Below, one piece after another: positions 1-9,976 of a stretch of DNA of 36,881 nt (its first letter is position 1; every line of letters starts with the position of its first letter). Source of the DNA: Candidatus Kaiserbacteria bacterium RIFCSPLOWO2_01_FULL_54_20 (lineage in GTDB: Bacteria > Patescibacteriota > Minisyncoccia > Phycocordibacterales > UBA2100); contig MFMA01000027.1 of NCBI GenBank assembly GCA_001783355.1, forward strand, positions 12,000 to 48,880, given 5' to 3'. Both the position numbers and the translations under genes were made by a program. The notes under the pieces were generated by a model. The model made no database searches, was not told where the DNA came from, and worked only from the letters and a program-made list of their open reading frames with translations.

Positions 1-2
1 CG

Positions 3-89
3 CAAGCGTTCATTTCGCTCGGTCTGGCGACTGTCATTTTCTTCATAAACAAAAAATATATCTTCAGGCAGCGGGAGATACCGGCTTAG
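3..89 (+). CDS. 3' end of a probable GtrA-family small membrane protein (5'-truncated by window edge)
   Basis: Frame 3 reads QAFISLGLATVIFFINKKYIFRQREIPA*. A hydrophobic helix ending in N-K-K-Y-I-F resembles GtrA C-termini. Its TAG overlaps the TAA of the convergent gene (TTAG, 86-89). Not in ORF track. Confidence 0.5.
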   Translation, partial: QAFISLGLATVIFFINKKYIFRQREIPA

Positions 90-1738
90 TTTATTTTGCG
101 CACGACGTACGAATTGCCGAGCTGCTCGGAAGAGAGGAATTCCGGCAGGGCGTTTATATCCTGCGGCGCGATCTCGCACGCCTCGAGGTGAAGTTCAAAG
201 CACGAACCTGCACCGATCTCTGCTGTGGTGCACAGGTTGTCGCAGCGTCGGCTGACCATCCATATTGAATGCGTGTCAGAAAGTCGTTCGATATACGCTT
301 GTTCCTCTTCCTTCGTGTAGGCGATGAAGGCGAGCGGCATGAAGTCGGGCTCTTTCGATAGGAGCCCTCTGTTTTCGAGCAAAAAACGGAAGCGTCCCAT
401 GTCGAGCCGGGTCTCACCTTGAAGCGGGAGGGACTCGTAGTTCACTGGCAGCGTAAGGCGTTTCGCCGACCAGTCGGTGAGAAATACATTGTCGGCCGAG
501 TTGTATTTCTCCATGATAATTTTTTGCAGGTCGACTTCAGAGGATTGGCGGGAGTAGAGTTGAATGGCGTGAGTATTGATGACCGCGAAGAGCGCAACGC
601 TGAAAAAAAGCGCCGTAAGCATCGCCTTTCTGCCCAGCTCGCCGAAGAGGATTGCAGCCGAAAAAGACGCAGCCATGGTAAAGAAGATTGCATACCTCGG
701 CCCTATGTCGAATCCGATACCAACGTGGAAGATGAGAAATACGAGGACCGGATGCATTGCGGCGATCATGAACCACATCCGTTTGCGCGGATCGGCAAGG
801 AGCGCGCGATTTCTATAAACCGTTCCCCCAATGACGAGCAGAGCTCCCGGGTAGAGAACGATCAAAGGGTGCGAGGATATGGCAAAAGAGAGGGGGCTGA
901 GGATATTAGTATTCGCCGTAATCTCCTCAAAAATCTCCCGGATCGAGTAGAGGCGCCAGAGAAAACCGATCTGTGTCGCTGCAAATAGGCCGAAGAGCCA
1001 CCAGTATTTCAGAAAGTAGTTCCAAAGATCGCGAAAACTGAAGTGTCGAAGAAGGAGCGCGTAGAGAACGAGGAGCGCGATAGAGAAGGCACCGACCCAG
1101 CTTTGGAAGAAAGTGAGAACGCCACTCCACATGAAGAGCGCGACGTACCGGTTTTTGGATATGAACGGTTCGCTCTGATGCGCGAGATAGTATTCTTGCG
1201 CAATAAAAAGCGCGCTCATTGCGGCGACGAAGATGATGTAGAACACCCACATTTTTGCTGTGTGGAGGAATTCGATGACCAAGACGTTGCTTAAGAGCAA
1301 AAAGAGAAAGAGCGTGAGGGTGAGCGCTAGTGGACGCGGAATATCCCTCTTCTTGAAGTAGAAGAAAAAGAAGAGGATCGTTCCGAGAGCGGCGATGCCG
1401 CCCACGAGCCGAAGTATATGCAGAAGTTCTCCGGTGTTGATGGCGACCCATATCTTTGCCGCCATGACGGAAAAGTCGGAAGCTGCGACCACTACTCCGA
1501 GCACCGGCACGAGTACGAGCGCATCTATATAAGTCTGTGGGCCGCCGTAGTAGGCCCCCGAGGGTGAGAATTCCCAGCCCGGCAGTGTCATTTTCTCTAT
1601 CGAGAAGAGTGCGGTCGACAGAAAATAACTCTCATCACCCACGATATCCGGGTTGTTGCCGTAGGGATTGGGAAACAGGACCCCTGCGGCGAGAAAGAGG
1701 AATAGGCCGACCAGTAGTAGGTTTTTCACTATCGGCAT
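86..1738 (-). CDS. Multi-pass membrane glycosyltransferase, GT-C fold (ArnT/PMT-like)
   Basis: N-terminal TM followed by a loop with an acidic GDES motif, about 10-12 hydrophobic segments, PRY motif late in the TM region, soluble C-terminal domain. Confidence 0.65.
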   Translation of the reverse strand: MPIVKNLLLVGLFLFLAAGVLFPNPYGNNPDIVGDESYFLSTALFSIEKMTLPGWEFSPSGAYYGGPQTYIDALVLVPVLGVVVAASDFSVMAAKIWVAINTGELLHILRLVGGIAALGTILFFFFYFKKRDIPRPLALTLTLFLFLLLSNVLVIEFLHTAKMWVFYIIFVAAMSALFIAQEYYLAHQSEPFISKNRYVALFMWSGVLTFFQSWVGAFSIALLVLYALLLRHFSFRDLWNYFLKYWWLFGLFAATQIGFLWRLYSIREIFEEITANTNILSPLSFAISSHPLIVLYPGALLVIGGTVYRNRALLADPRKRMWFMIAAMHPVLVFLIFHVGIGFDIGPRYAIFFTMAASFSAAILFGELGRKAMLTALFFSVALFAVINTHAIQLYSRQSSEVDLQKIIMEKYNSADNVFLTDWSAKRLTLPVNYESLPLQGETRLDMGRFRFLLENRGLLSKEPDFMPLAFIAYTKEEEQAYIERLSDTHSIWMVSRRCDNLCTTAEIGAGSCFELHLEACEIAPQDINALPEFLSSEQLGNSYVVRKIN

Positions 1739-1744
1739 TGTGCC

Positions 1745-1752
1745 AGTATAGT
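1745..1752. promoter_or_regulatory. Overlapping divergent -10 elements
   Basis: Minus strand TATACT (1745-1750) lies 6 nt before ATG 1738. Plus strand TATAGT (1747-1752) lies upstream of ATG 1770. The intergenic gap is 31 bp. Confidence 0.55.
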
Positions 1753-1769
1753 ATGTTTACGGCATCACT

Positions 1770-2420
1770 ATGAATATCTCAATAAGAAGCGCAGTTTCCG
1801 GCGCGCTTGCGGGCAAGACCATCGGGCGGGTGTATTTTAACGATGCGGTGCGCGTATATGCAAAGGAACTCTCGGGACGCGTGCTCGATCTCGCCGGCGG
1901 CGCCTCGCCGAGCTACCTGCCTCTTCTTCCCGCGGGGATCGACCTCGTCCGCACCGACCTCGTCGCGTCGCCGGGCGTCGAGGCGGTCGACATCAATGCA
2001 CCGCTCCCTTTTCCCGACTCATCATTTGATTCCGTACTGCTTTTTAATGCGCTCTATGCCGTTGAAGAGCCGGACGCGCTCGCGCGCGAGATATGCCGGG
2101 TGCTGAAAAAAGGAGGAACGTGGTATCTCGCCTCGCCATTCATTGCGAACGAGATGCCGGAGCCGCACGATTACGTGAGATATACCGCCGAAGGTTTGGA
2201 GCGCTTAATAAAAAAGGCGGGGTTCTCGTCGATAGCAGTAGAGCGGCTCGGAGAGCGGGCGAGCGCGGCGGTGCAGATAAAACACCCGTTCTATCTATTC
2301 AACTTCGTTCGCGCGTTCATCTTTCCGCTCGCGCTCCTCGCCGACCGTCTGATCCCAAAATCTGCGCGCGCCGCTCACCCGACGCCGCTCGGGTATTTCG
2401 TTCGAAGTGTAAAATCATGA
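1770..2420 (+). CDS. Class I SAM-dependent methyltransferase (Methyltransf_11-like)
   Basis: VLDLAGG motif I, LPFPDSSFDSV motif, RVLKKGG, and PF...EPHDYVRYT as seen in glycan-cluster methyltransferases. Confidence 0.8.
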   Translation: MNISIRSAVSGALAGKTIGRVYFNDAVRVYAKELSGRVLDLAGGASPSYLPLLPAGIDLVRTDLVASPGVEAVDINAPLPFPDSSFDSVLLFNALYAVEEPDALAREICRVLKKGGTWYLASPFIANEMPEPHDYVRYTAEGLERLIKKAGFSSIAVERLGERASAAVQIKHPFYLFNFVRAFIFPLALLADRLIPKSARAAHPTPLGYFVRSVKS

Positions 2421-3535
2421 AAAAGATCAAGATCGTCATCTGCATCAATGACTTTTTGGTCGGCGGGGCACAGCGGATGCTTGCCGACATGATGCGTCGC
2501 TTGGACACGGAGCGATACGAGCCTATCCTCGTCACACTTTTTTTCTGGGAGGGCAGGGAATACTTTTATGAGCTCGTGCCGCCTAGTGTGCCGGTGTACC
2601 GCCTTTCGTTCGGGGGTTTTTGGGATATTGGCAGCTGGCTCAAGCTGTATTCCTTGTTGCGAGCGCTCGACCCGGACATCGTGCTCTCGAACCTTTTTTT
2701 CTCAAATACCGTCTTACGTCTCCTCAAGCCGCTGTTCAGATACAAGGTGGTCATCGTAGAACACAACACCTATGTCAAAAAGACAAAGTTGCACCAGGGA
2801 GTAGACAGACTCCTCGCGCGTCTCACGGCGTGTATCGTCGCCGTATCGAATACCGTCGCGAGGTTCACCTCGAAGCAGGAGGGGATACCGATGGAAAAAT
2901 TTCGCGTGATACAGAACGGTGTAGATATCGCGGCTCTGCAGGCGGAATGCGACCGATATGACCCCGCCGAGGTAAAAGAAGAGCTTGGCATCGGGAGAGA
3001 TGCGCATGTGCTGTTGAACATTGCGCGGCTCACGACGCAAAAAAATCCGCGATTGCTCATCGACGGGTTCGCGCTCTTTGCGAGTTCGCATCCCAATTAT
3101 GTGCTCGTCATCGTGGGAGGAGGCCCGAAATGGGACGCGCTTCTTAAGGCGCAGGCGAAGGAGCTCGGCATCGAGAGCCAGGTATTTCTCATGGGTACTA
3201 GAAAAGACGTTGCGCGATTTTATGCCATCGCCGACGTATTTGTTTCTACATCAACGATAGAGGGTTTCGGCATCGCGCATGCTGAAGCGCTTGCCTGCGG
3301 CGTGCCGGTCCTTACGACCAAGACCGCCGGCCCGGACGAAATGATAGAAGAGGGGATAAACGGGTTCTTTATCAGTGAGTCTACTCCGCAAGCAGTGCAG
3401 GAAGGGTTGGAGCGAATGGTTGCCGCGGACCTTCCGGCGATGCGCTTGAACGCGAAAGAAAGCGCGAAAAAATATGGTATTGATAGCACAACGACAGCCT
3501 ACGAAGAACTTTTCCGCGACGTATTGAATGTATGA
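2417..3535 (+). CDS. Glycosyltransferase family 4
   Basis: Start revised to ATG 2417 (ATGA overlap with upstream stop). GGAQR N-terminal motif, EHN, IQNGVD, EGFGIAHAEALACGVPV (EX7E). Confidence 0.9.
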   Translation: MKKIKIVICINDFLVGGAQRMLADMMRRLDTERYEPILVTLFFWEGREYFYELVPPSVPVYRLSFGGFWDIGSWLKLYSLLRALDPDIVLSNLFFSNTVLRLLKPLFRYKVVIVEHNTYVKKTKLHQGVDRLLARLTACIVAVSNTVARFTSKQEGIPMEKFRVIQNGVDIAALQAECDRYDPAEVKEELGIGRDAHVLLNIARLTTQKNPRLLIDGFALFASSHPNYVLVIVGGGPKWDALLKAQAKELGIESQVFLMGTRKDVARFYAIADVFVSTSTIEGFGIAHAEALACGVPVLTTKTAGPDEMIEEGINGFFISESTPQAVQEGLERMVAADLPAMRLNAKESAKKYGIDSTTTAYEELFRDVLNV

Positions 3536-4683
3536 AGAACGGACGCATCAAAGTAGCGCTCATGTCGCATCCGATGGACAACCGCGCCGGCAAAGGCACG
3601 GCTCTTTACACTCGAAAACTCATCGAAGAGCTGCTCAAGAATGAGCGGTTGGAAATTACTCTCGTACACTACGACGCCGTACCCGATAAGCTCTACAAGA
3701 AAGCTCGTGAAATAGTTATTCCGCAGATACCTCACCTCCCCTTCGGCACGAGGTTCGTACGAACATTGCTTTTTTTCTGGAAATATCGCAAAGAGAAGTT
3801 TGACATCATCCACTGGTTCCAGCCGCGCCTCTACCCGTTCTTTTGGCTTGCTCCCGCGCGTTTCTCGGTCGTGACGGCGCACGGTGGGGCTGACGTAACC
3901 GCGCCCGGGCAGTTTCCGCTTTCTCGGCACATCTACAATTTCATTATGCGATATTTTCATCCGTGGATTGCCGGTGTCATCGGAGATTCCGAATTCGGGC
4001 GAAACGAAATAATAGAAGCGTATGGAATACCGCCTGAAAAAGTCCACACTATATACCTCGGTGGCAGCGAGGATTTCAAGGCTCTCGATAAAACAGTAGC
4101 TCAAAGGATTATTTTTGAACGGTACAAGATTCGAGCGCCGTTTATTCTCGACGTCTCACGCCTCGAGCCGCACAAAAATGTCGATACACTCATTCGCGCC
4201 TATGAATCTCTGCGGCGCGAGAGTTCTATTACGCCCGCGCTTATCATCGTTGGAGCCAAGCGATTTGGTGCGGAAAAGACGCTTGCCCTAGCAACAGCGT
4301 CGTTATATGCGAAAGACATCATATTTCTACATTTCGTAGAGCAACAAGATCTCAACGCGCTGTATTCGGCAGCAGATGTATTCGTTTTTCCTTCGCTTAA
4401 TGAGGGGTTCGGATTGCCCATCGTGGAGGCGTTCGCTTCCGGAACTCCCGTCGTCACATCGAATGTAACTGCGATGCCAGAGATAGCAGGAGACGCGGCG
4501 ATAACGGTCTATCCGACGGATACAAAAGCGCTTGCGGGCGCTATGGCTCGTGTCCTTTCCGACGCGTCGCTAAGGGAAACACTCATACAAAAAGGCCTGA
4601 ATCGTGCCAAGACTTTCACATGGGCCGAGACGGCAAACAAAACCCTGGAACTCTACCAAGCTATTTTATCGCGCAAAGATTGA
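3532..4683 (+). CDS. Glycosyltransferase family 4 (mannosyl/rhamnosyltransferase-like)
   Basis: RLEPHKN and FVFPSLNEGFGLPIVEAFASGTPVV; ATGA-coupled to the previous gene. Confidence 0.9.
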   Translation: MKNGRIKVALMSHPMDNRAGKGTALYTRKLIEELLKNERLEITLVHYDAVPDKLYKKAREIVIPQIPHLPFGTRFVRTLLFFWKYRKEKFDIIHWFQPRLYPFFWLAPARFSVVTAHGGADVTAPGQFPLSRHIYNFIMRYFHPWIAGVIGDSEFGRNEIIEAYGIPPEKVHTIYLGGSEDFKALDKTVAQRIIFERYKIRAPFILDVSRLEPHKNVDTLIRAYESLRRESSITPALIIVGAKRFGAEKTLALATASLYAKDIIFLHFVEQQDLNALYSAADVFVFPSLNEGFGLPIVEAFASGTPVVTSNVTAMPEIAGDAAITVYPTDTKALAGAMARVLSDASLRETLIQKGLNRAKTFTWAETANKTLELYQAILSRKD

Positions 4684-4731
4684 CTTCTTATTGAATCAGA
4701 GCAGAGCGTGTTTGGCAGTCATTGAGTGTTC

Positions 4732-4761
4732 TTGACACGTGCAATGTGAACGGCGTATAAC
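4732..4761 (+). promoter_or_regulatory. Sigma70-type promoter for the LamG-domain gene
   Basis: Perfect TTGACA (4732-4737), 18-bp spacer, TATAAC (4756-4761). Confidence 0.5.
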
Positions 4762-4793
4762 TGCGAACAGTATTATCTGCTCATATATTTTTT

Positions 4794-6242
4794 ATGCATA
4801 ACGCTCGCAAGGGATTTACCCGTTCAGAGTATCTGGCGCTTACGATCGCCGCTATCGGCGCTCTGTGTATTACGTCTATCGCACTTGCGGATATTGTCTC
4901 CGGCTCGTTCACCACCAACACCTCCACCAACATCTCCATCACCAACCTTACCCTCTCCAAACCAGCCAGTGTCGTCGCGGGTGATTTCATGCTCGCCAAC
5001 GTTACTCTCAAAGGCGGCTCCGCAGAGAATGTTACGGCTCCAGCGGGGTGGACGCAGATCCGCCGGACGGACAATGGCACGAACGTAAGCATTGTGTCGT
5101 ATTGGAAAGTCGCGGGCGACTCCGAACCCGCCGCCTACACATGGACCATCACTCCGCAGACTAGGGCCGTCGGAGGCATTACGCGATACACGGGTGTAGA
5201 TGCCACAAATCCAATTGATACCTCTTCGGGCAACACTGGTCGCAGTAATGTCGCAACGGCCCCGTCTATCACCACGGCCTCGTCGAATGAAGAGCTCGTC
5301 ACGCTTTTTGCTGCTGATGCCCGCGTTCAGTTCTCAGCGCCGACAGGCATGGTAGAAAAATATGACACAAGCAATGGGTCTAGTCCGTCGACCGCCGAGG
5401 ACGACTCGCTTCAAGCCGCCGCCGGAGCTACGGGACCCAAAACTGCCACGATCAGTTCCAGTAGGCGAAACTGGGCCGCTCAGCTCGTTGCTCTACATCC
5501 CGCAAATATTTTTCCTCCATTTCCAGTCGCGTACTGGAAGTTCGATGAGTCTGGCGGAAATGCTCCCGACACGACCTCAAACAACAATATCCTCACCAAT
5601 AATAATGGTGCAACGTATCAGGCAGGAAAGATGAATAACGGCGCCCTTTTAGTTCCGGCATCGAATCAGTATTTCTCCATTGATGATGCTCTGCAAAGAG
5701 GACTTGATCTCACCAGTGATTTCTCGGCATCCTTCTGGGTCAAGCTCAATTCATTGCCTGGGGCCAGTGCAGAATATCGAGTTTTCTCGAAGCAAGATGG
5801 TAGTAGTAGCAACAATTCGTACAATGTCATGATCGGAAGTGGTGCGATTGGGGACAATCAAATATACGTATTTTGGAGTGATGATGGATCGGTCGGTCAG
5901 ACTGGCCAATCTCACCTCGGCGAGTACGATGGGCCTGCCGACTACTTTATAAGCGGGGATGTTGGAAACTGGGTCCACATCGCAATTGTTGCAGATGTGG
6001 CGAATCAGTCAGTGACTGTATATAAAAACAATATCCCCACTACTCTAACAAAAAGAGGAGGTAGCAATGCCTCGAGCATCTTCAATGGCACATCGCCACT
6101 GACAATCGGGAGCGTCAATATTGATTCAACCCCAGTACGAATTCTGGACGGAGAGATTGATGAGCTGGGTATATGGAATCGCAAGCTTACTTCGGGTGAA
6201 GTGAGTACCTTGTACAACGGCGGAAATGGCATATCTTTATAA
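4794..6242 (+). CDS. Secreted/surface protein with Thr/Ser-rich beta domain and C-terminal LamG/concanavalin-A-like lectin domain
   Basis: N-terminal KGFTRSE plus hydrophobic stretch. LamG hallmarks: VAYWKFDE, FSASFWVK, WVHIAIV, LDGEIDELGIWNRKLTSGEVSTLYN. Confidence 0.8.
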   Translation: MHNARKGFTRSEYLALTIAAIGALCITSIALADIVSGSFTTNTSTNISITNLTLSKPASVVAGDFMLANVTLKGGSAENVTAPAGWTQIRRTDNGTNVSIVSYWKVAGDSEPAAYTWTITPQTRAVGGITRYTGVDATNPIDTSSGNTGRSNVATAPSITTASSNEELVTLFAADARVQFSAPTGMVEKYDTSNGSSPSTAEDDSLQAAAGATGPKTATISSSRRNWAAQLVALHPANIFPPFPVAYWKFDESGGNAPDTTSNNNILTNNNGATYQAGKMNNGALLVPASNQYFSIDDALQRGLDLTSDFSASFWVKLNSLPGASAEYRVFSKQDGSSSNNSYNVMIGSGAIGDNQIYVFWSDDGSVGQTGQSHLGEYDGPADYFISGDVGNWVHIAIVADVANQSVTVYKNNIPTTLTKRGGSNASSIFNGTSPLTIGSVNIDSTPVRILDGEIDELGIWNRKLTSGEVSTLYNGGNGISL

Positions 6243-6251
6243 ACTTATCCT

Positions 6252-7388
6252 TCAGGCGAACGGAGTGTTTTTCTTGGTGCTTGAAGCAAGGGTTTTGAGC
6301 ATCTCGACGTATTGAGAAGCAACCACATCCGCGTCGAAGAAATGTGCGCGGGCGAGCGCTTTTTTCGAGTATTCCGAACATGCGGCGGGATTGTTGTAGA
6401 AAAATAGAATGTGTTTTCGGAGTTCGTCCACATCGTCCTTTTTGAACGTTACGCCTGCTTCTCCCGCCGCCCACGCCGCGCCGGTATCTTCCGTCGCAAC
6501 GATAGGCAACCCGGCCCGGAGCGCCTCTACGACCACAAGCCCGAACGGCTCGGGCCATCGACATGGATGTATGAAGAGGCTCGCGTGTCGAAAGAAAGCC
6601 AGCAGTTCCTCACGGGGTTTCCATCCATGGAGGTGGACCTGTGTTGCTAGTTTGTTTTCTTCGATGAGTTTTCGCAGCAAAGACTCCTCTCCTCCAGAGC
6701 CGATCACGTGCATATGGATGTCCTGCGGTAATCCTATGGCTGCTTTCACGAATAGGTCGGGGCCCTTATCCCTCACCAGTCGCGCTGCGAATAGCACATG
6801 GAACAATGCCGGGTCGTTAGGATAAGGCGAGGGTAGTGTGCTGGAAGAAGCAATGTCTGCCGGAGAAGAGAGAATGACGCTCCTTTTGAAGCGGTAGCCG
6901 AAGTGTTCGTACTCCTTTTGCACGACTGGAGATTCGAGTATCGCGAGGTCGATAGGGCGCGCGTACCGGACACCGAGCAATTTCTCCCACACATACCACT
7001 TATATCGATGTAGTAGGGAAGTATTCCTCTGTAATCCCATGCCGGGCGTGTAATTATTCAGATTCACGACGACAGGAACTGCGCCGTGCTTCCTGTACAT
7101 TCCTCCGCCCCACATGAGCGTCGGTCCGGCGACCACGTGTACGTCGGCGTCTTGGTTCTCTCGCATCGTGGCCGCAACGCGACGTTGGAGTGCGATAAAG
7201 CCTCCATGAAAGCGTTCCTCGCGCATTTCGCACGGCTTTTCTTTGTAGCTGTTATCGTCCGAAAAAAACGTGGTGAGGACAGGCGTGTGGCCTGCCTTCG
7301 CAACGGCCCGTATGTAGGTTGCGAGCGCGTGATGCGAGCCGCCGCCGGAAGCGGGATTATAGCGGAGGGTATAAAGATAGATTTTCAT
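6252..7388 (-). CDS. Glycosyltransferase family 4
   Basis: ARLVRDKG and HPCRWPEPFGLVVVEALRAGLP. Confidence 0.9.
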   Translation of the reverse strand: MKIYLYTLRYNPASGGGSHHALATYIRAVAKAGHTPVLTTFFSDDNSYKEKPCEMREERFHGGFIALQRRVAATMRENQDADVHVVAGPTLMWGGGMYRKHGAVPVVVNLNNYTPGMGLQRNTSLLHRYKWYVWEKLLGVRYARPIDLAILESPVVQKEYEHFGYRFKRSVILSSPADIASSSTLPSPYPNDPALFHVLFAARLVRDKGPDLFVKAAIGLPQDIHMHVIGSGGEESLLRKLIEENKLATQVHLHGWKPREELLAFFRHASLFIHPCRWPEPFGLVVVEALRAGLPIVATEDTGAAWAAGEAGVTFKKDDVDELRKHILFFYNNPAACSEYSKKALARAHFFDADVVASQYVEMLKTLASSTKKNTPFA

Positions 7389-8164
7389 CTTTCGAATAGC
7401 ACGTTCGCATAATCGGTCTTTCCTTCGTACAACTGCAGGCCCGTGATGTCGGTAATGGGGGCGCTCTTCACTCCGCCGCGGAGTATACCGTAGGCCTCGA
7501 ATCCTTTTTGCTTCAAAGATGCGATCACGGCAGCCGAGGACGTCCCAGCGCGGGCGAGCGCGTCTGGCTGCAGTTCCATGACGATGCGAAGCGGGCGCTC
7601 GCTCGAGAGTATGCGCTCCATACCGAGCAGCGCACGCGGCTCGCCACCCTCGATGTCCATCTTTATCACATCGACCTCTCCGCGCTCTTTCATGAAAGAA
7701 TCTAACATTAACGCGTTCACGGAAAGTTTTCGTGCCGGGGCATTCGTCGGCACGGTGGTATGGCAGCCGGTTGAATCTTCTATCTCATAAAAATCAATCG
7801 TCCCTTCCGTGTCGGAGACCGCCGTATTGACGATGCGGGTGTTCGAGAATCCCTCGGTATTTTTTTTGAGCAACGAGAAATTATACGGATCCGGCTCAAA
7901 AGCGTACACGTGGCCGCTGGGGCCAACGAGCCGTGAGAATAGCCGCGTGAAATATCCGATGTGGCCTCCGACGTCGAGCACCGTCATGCCCGGCTTGATG
8001 ATCTTCTTAAAAAGGTCGGTCGTATCCTTTTCGTAGCGGTCTCGCAGCATTTCCACTTTCCACTGCCACGGATATTTTGACGGGAATGAGAATTCCGCGA
8101 ACTGCGCCCACGTGTTCACAACAAACACGACTGCTGCCTTGACTACCGCCTTAATGGAGTTCAT
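7385..8164 (-). CDS. FkbM-family methyltransferase
   Basis: VLDVGGHIGY, VYAFEP, IKMDIEGGE. Start revised from 8302 to ATG 8164 (MNSIK), which has a perfect TATAAT 6 nt upstream and avoids overlap with the divergent ABC gene. Confidence 0.88.
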   Translation of the reverse strand: MNSIKAVVKAAVVFVVNTWAQFAEFSFPSKYPWQWKVEMLRDRYEKDTTDLFKKIIKPGMTVLDVGGHIGYFTRLFSRLVGPSGHVYAFEPDPYNFSLLKKNTEGFSNTRIVNTAVSDTEGTIDFYEIEDSTGCHTTVPTNAPARKLSVNALMLDSFMKERGEVDVIKMDIEGGEPRALLGMERILSSERPLRIVMELQPDALARAGTSSAAVIASLKQKGFEAYGILRGGVKSAPITDITGLQLYEGKTDYANVLFER

Positions 8165-8170
8165 GGCTTG

Positions 8171-8176
8171 ATTATA
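8171..8176 (-). promoter_or_regulatory. -10 element of a leaderless transcript (FkbM-GT4 operon)
   Basis: TATAAT-N6-ATG on the minus strand. Confidence 0.65.
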
Positions 8177-8227
8177 GGGGAAAATGACCGTAGTATCACG
8201 TCGTACCTCTCTTAGGTAGCTTCTCCC

Positions 8228-9976
8228 ATGACACTTCTTCCCGAGCGGCTTTTGAATGTAGCACGGCTCCTGCAAGCGGCATTCGGTGCGTATGCGCTTC
8301 ATATCACACTCATTGCGGTCTTGGGTTTTTTCGCCTCACTTTTAGAGGCGCTCGGTATCAGTGCGGTCATTCCCATTTTCTCATTTGTTACAGGAGGAAG
8401 TGGAGCTGCGGCCGACACGATAACGCACATAATCTCTGGAGTTTTCGCGTATCTGCATATCCCATACACCTTTCGTTTCCTACTTCTTTTCGTGGGAACT
8501 CTTTTTGTTGTCCGTACACTCGCACTCTTCGCCATACAGAACGTCACCGCGCGCATTGTGTTTGGATATGAACGCGACATGCGCAAGAACATGTTCCGGG
8601 TCACATTAATGGCGGACTGGCCGTTCCTTTCTCTGCAGAAGGCAGGACATCTAGATCAGCTTCTTTTAACGAACACAACGAATACGGCGCTTTTTTTTGG
8701 GTTTTTCTCAACGATGGTACTTATTATCACAAAGACCATCGCATATTTGGTGATCGCTATAAACATCTCTCTTCCGGTGGCGCTCCTTTCGCTTCTGGCC
8801 GGCGTTCTTCTTTTTTTTGTTCTCAAGCCGCTTTTCCGCTGGAATAAAGTATTTTCGACGGAAGCCGAAGGCCTCAACCGCTCCGTTGCCCACTACGTTT
8901 CCCAGCACTTAAGTGGTGTGAAGACAGTGAAAGCTCTTGCTGTGGAAGGGCCCGTAGCTCGCACCGCGTCTCGTTATTTCGAAGGGATCCGAAACGTTCA
9001 TGTACGCATCACGACCTTGCGCGGATTTCTTGAAATGGGCGTGCAGTTCGCAGGCCTGGCATTTGTAGCCGGTGTTTTTGCGTACATGTACCGCTCCGGG
9101 AGTTTTAACTTTGCGTCATTTGCTATCATCGTGTACGCCGTGAATCAGATATTTGCACAAGTACAGAGCGCTCAAGTGCAGCTGCATTCGCTGACCTCGA
9201 TGATACCGTATCTTCAGAGCGCGATATCGCACATACGGAGCGCGCGGGAGAGCGGTGAGAGAGAGCATGGCAGCATACAATTCTCGTTCGAGCGTGATAT
9301 AGAGTTTCGGGACGTTTCGTTCTCATATCCGAAACGCACGGGAACACTGGATAACATCTCGTTCCGTGTTCCGCATGGAAAGATCGTTGCCATAGTCGGC
9401 CCGTCCGGCGCGGGCAAGTCCACGATCGCAGACCTTCTTCTACATCTGATCGAACCGTCCAGCGGCAATATCCTGATTGACGGCAGGGACTTGAAAGAAG
9501 TTTCTCTGCATCACTGGCGCAAAGTCGTTGGTTATGTGCCGCAGGAGCCGTTTCTTCTCAACGACACTATCCGGAACAACATCGCATTTTACGACGTCAT
9601 ATCGGACGACGATATGCGTAAATTTGCGGAGCGTGCGAACATACACGATTTCATTGAGACACTGTCGGAAAAGTACGACACTCACATCGGGGACCGCGGC
9701 GTATTTCTCTCTGGTGGTCAGCGTCAGCGTATCGTACTGACGCGGCTTCTCGCGCGGAAGCCGAAACTCCTGGTTCTAGACGAGGCCACAAGCGCGCTCG
9801 ATCCGGAGTCGCAAACCGCTATTCGCAAATCGATCGAAAAACTGCGCGGAGAGGTAACGGTCATAATTATTGCGCACAGTGGCGAAATGCGCGATGCCGC
9901 CGATATCACGATCACTCTCGAGGATGGAAAAGTGCAGAATATTGAGCACCGTTCGCCGAAAGGTGTGGTGATATGA
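8228..9976 (+). CDS. ABC transporter permease/ATPase, PglK/MsbA-like lipid-linked glycan flippase
   Basis: About six N-terminal TM segments, Walker A GPSGAGKS, Q-loop VPQE, signature LSGGQRQR, Walker B LLVLDEATS, H-loop IAH; glycan-cluster context. Confidence 0.88.
   Translation: MTLLPERLLNVARLLQAAFGAYALHITLIAVLGFFASLLEALGISAVIPIFSFVTGGSGAAADTITHIISGVFAYLHIPYTFRFLLLFVGTLFVVRTLALFAIQNVTARIVFGYERDMRKNMFRVTLMADWPFLSLQKAGHLDQLLLTNTTNTALFFGFFSTMVLIITKTIAYLVIAINISLPVALLSLLAGVLLFFVLKPLFRWNKVFSTEAEGLNRSVAHYVSQHLSGVKTVKALAVEGPVARTASRYFEGIRNVHVRITTLRGFLEMGVQFAGLAFVAGVFAYMYRSGSFNFASFAIIVYAVNQIFAQVQSAQVQLHSLTSMIPYLQSAISHIRSARESGEREHGSIQFSFERDIEFRDVSFSYPKRTGTLDNISFRVPHGKIVAIVGPSGAGKSTIADLLLHLIEPSSGNILIDGRDLKEVSLHHWRKVVGYVPQEPFLLNDTIRNNIAFYDVISDDDMRKFAERANIHDFIETLSEKYDTHIGDRGVFLSGGQRQRIVLTRLLARKPKLLVLDEATSALDPESQTAIRKSIEKLRGEVTVIIIAHSGEMRDAADITITLEDGKVQNIEHRSPKGVVI

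Noticed and set aside
2093..2416. ORF-track 5' extensions (2093, 8302, 13382, 16720, 27735)
   Set aside because: Most overlap neighbouring genes and none shows family features. Downstream ATGs fit ATGA coupling, -10 spacing or family N-termini better.
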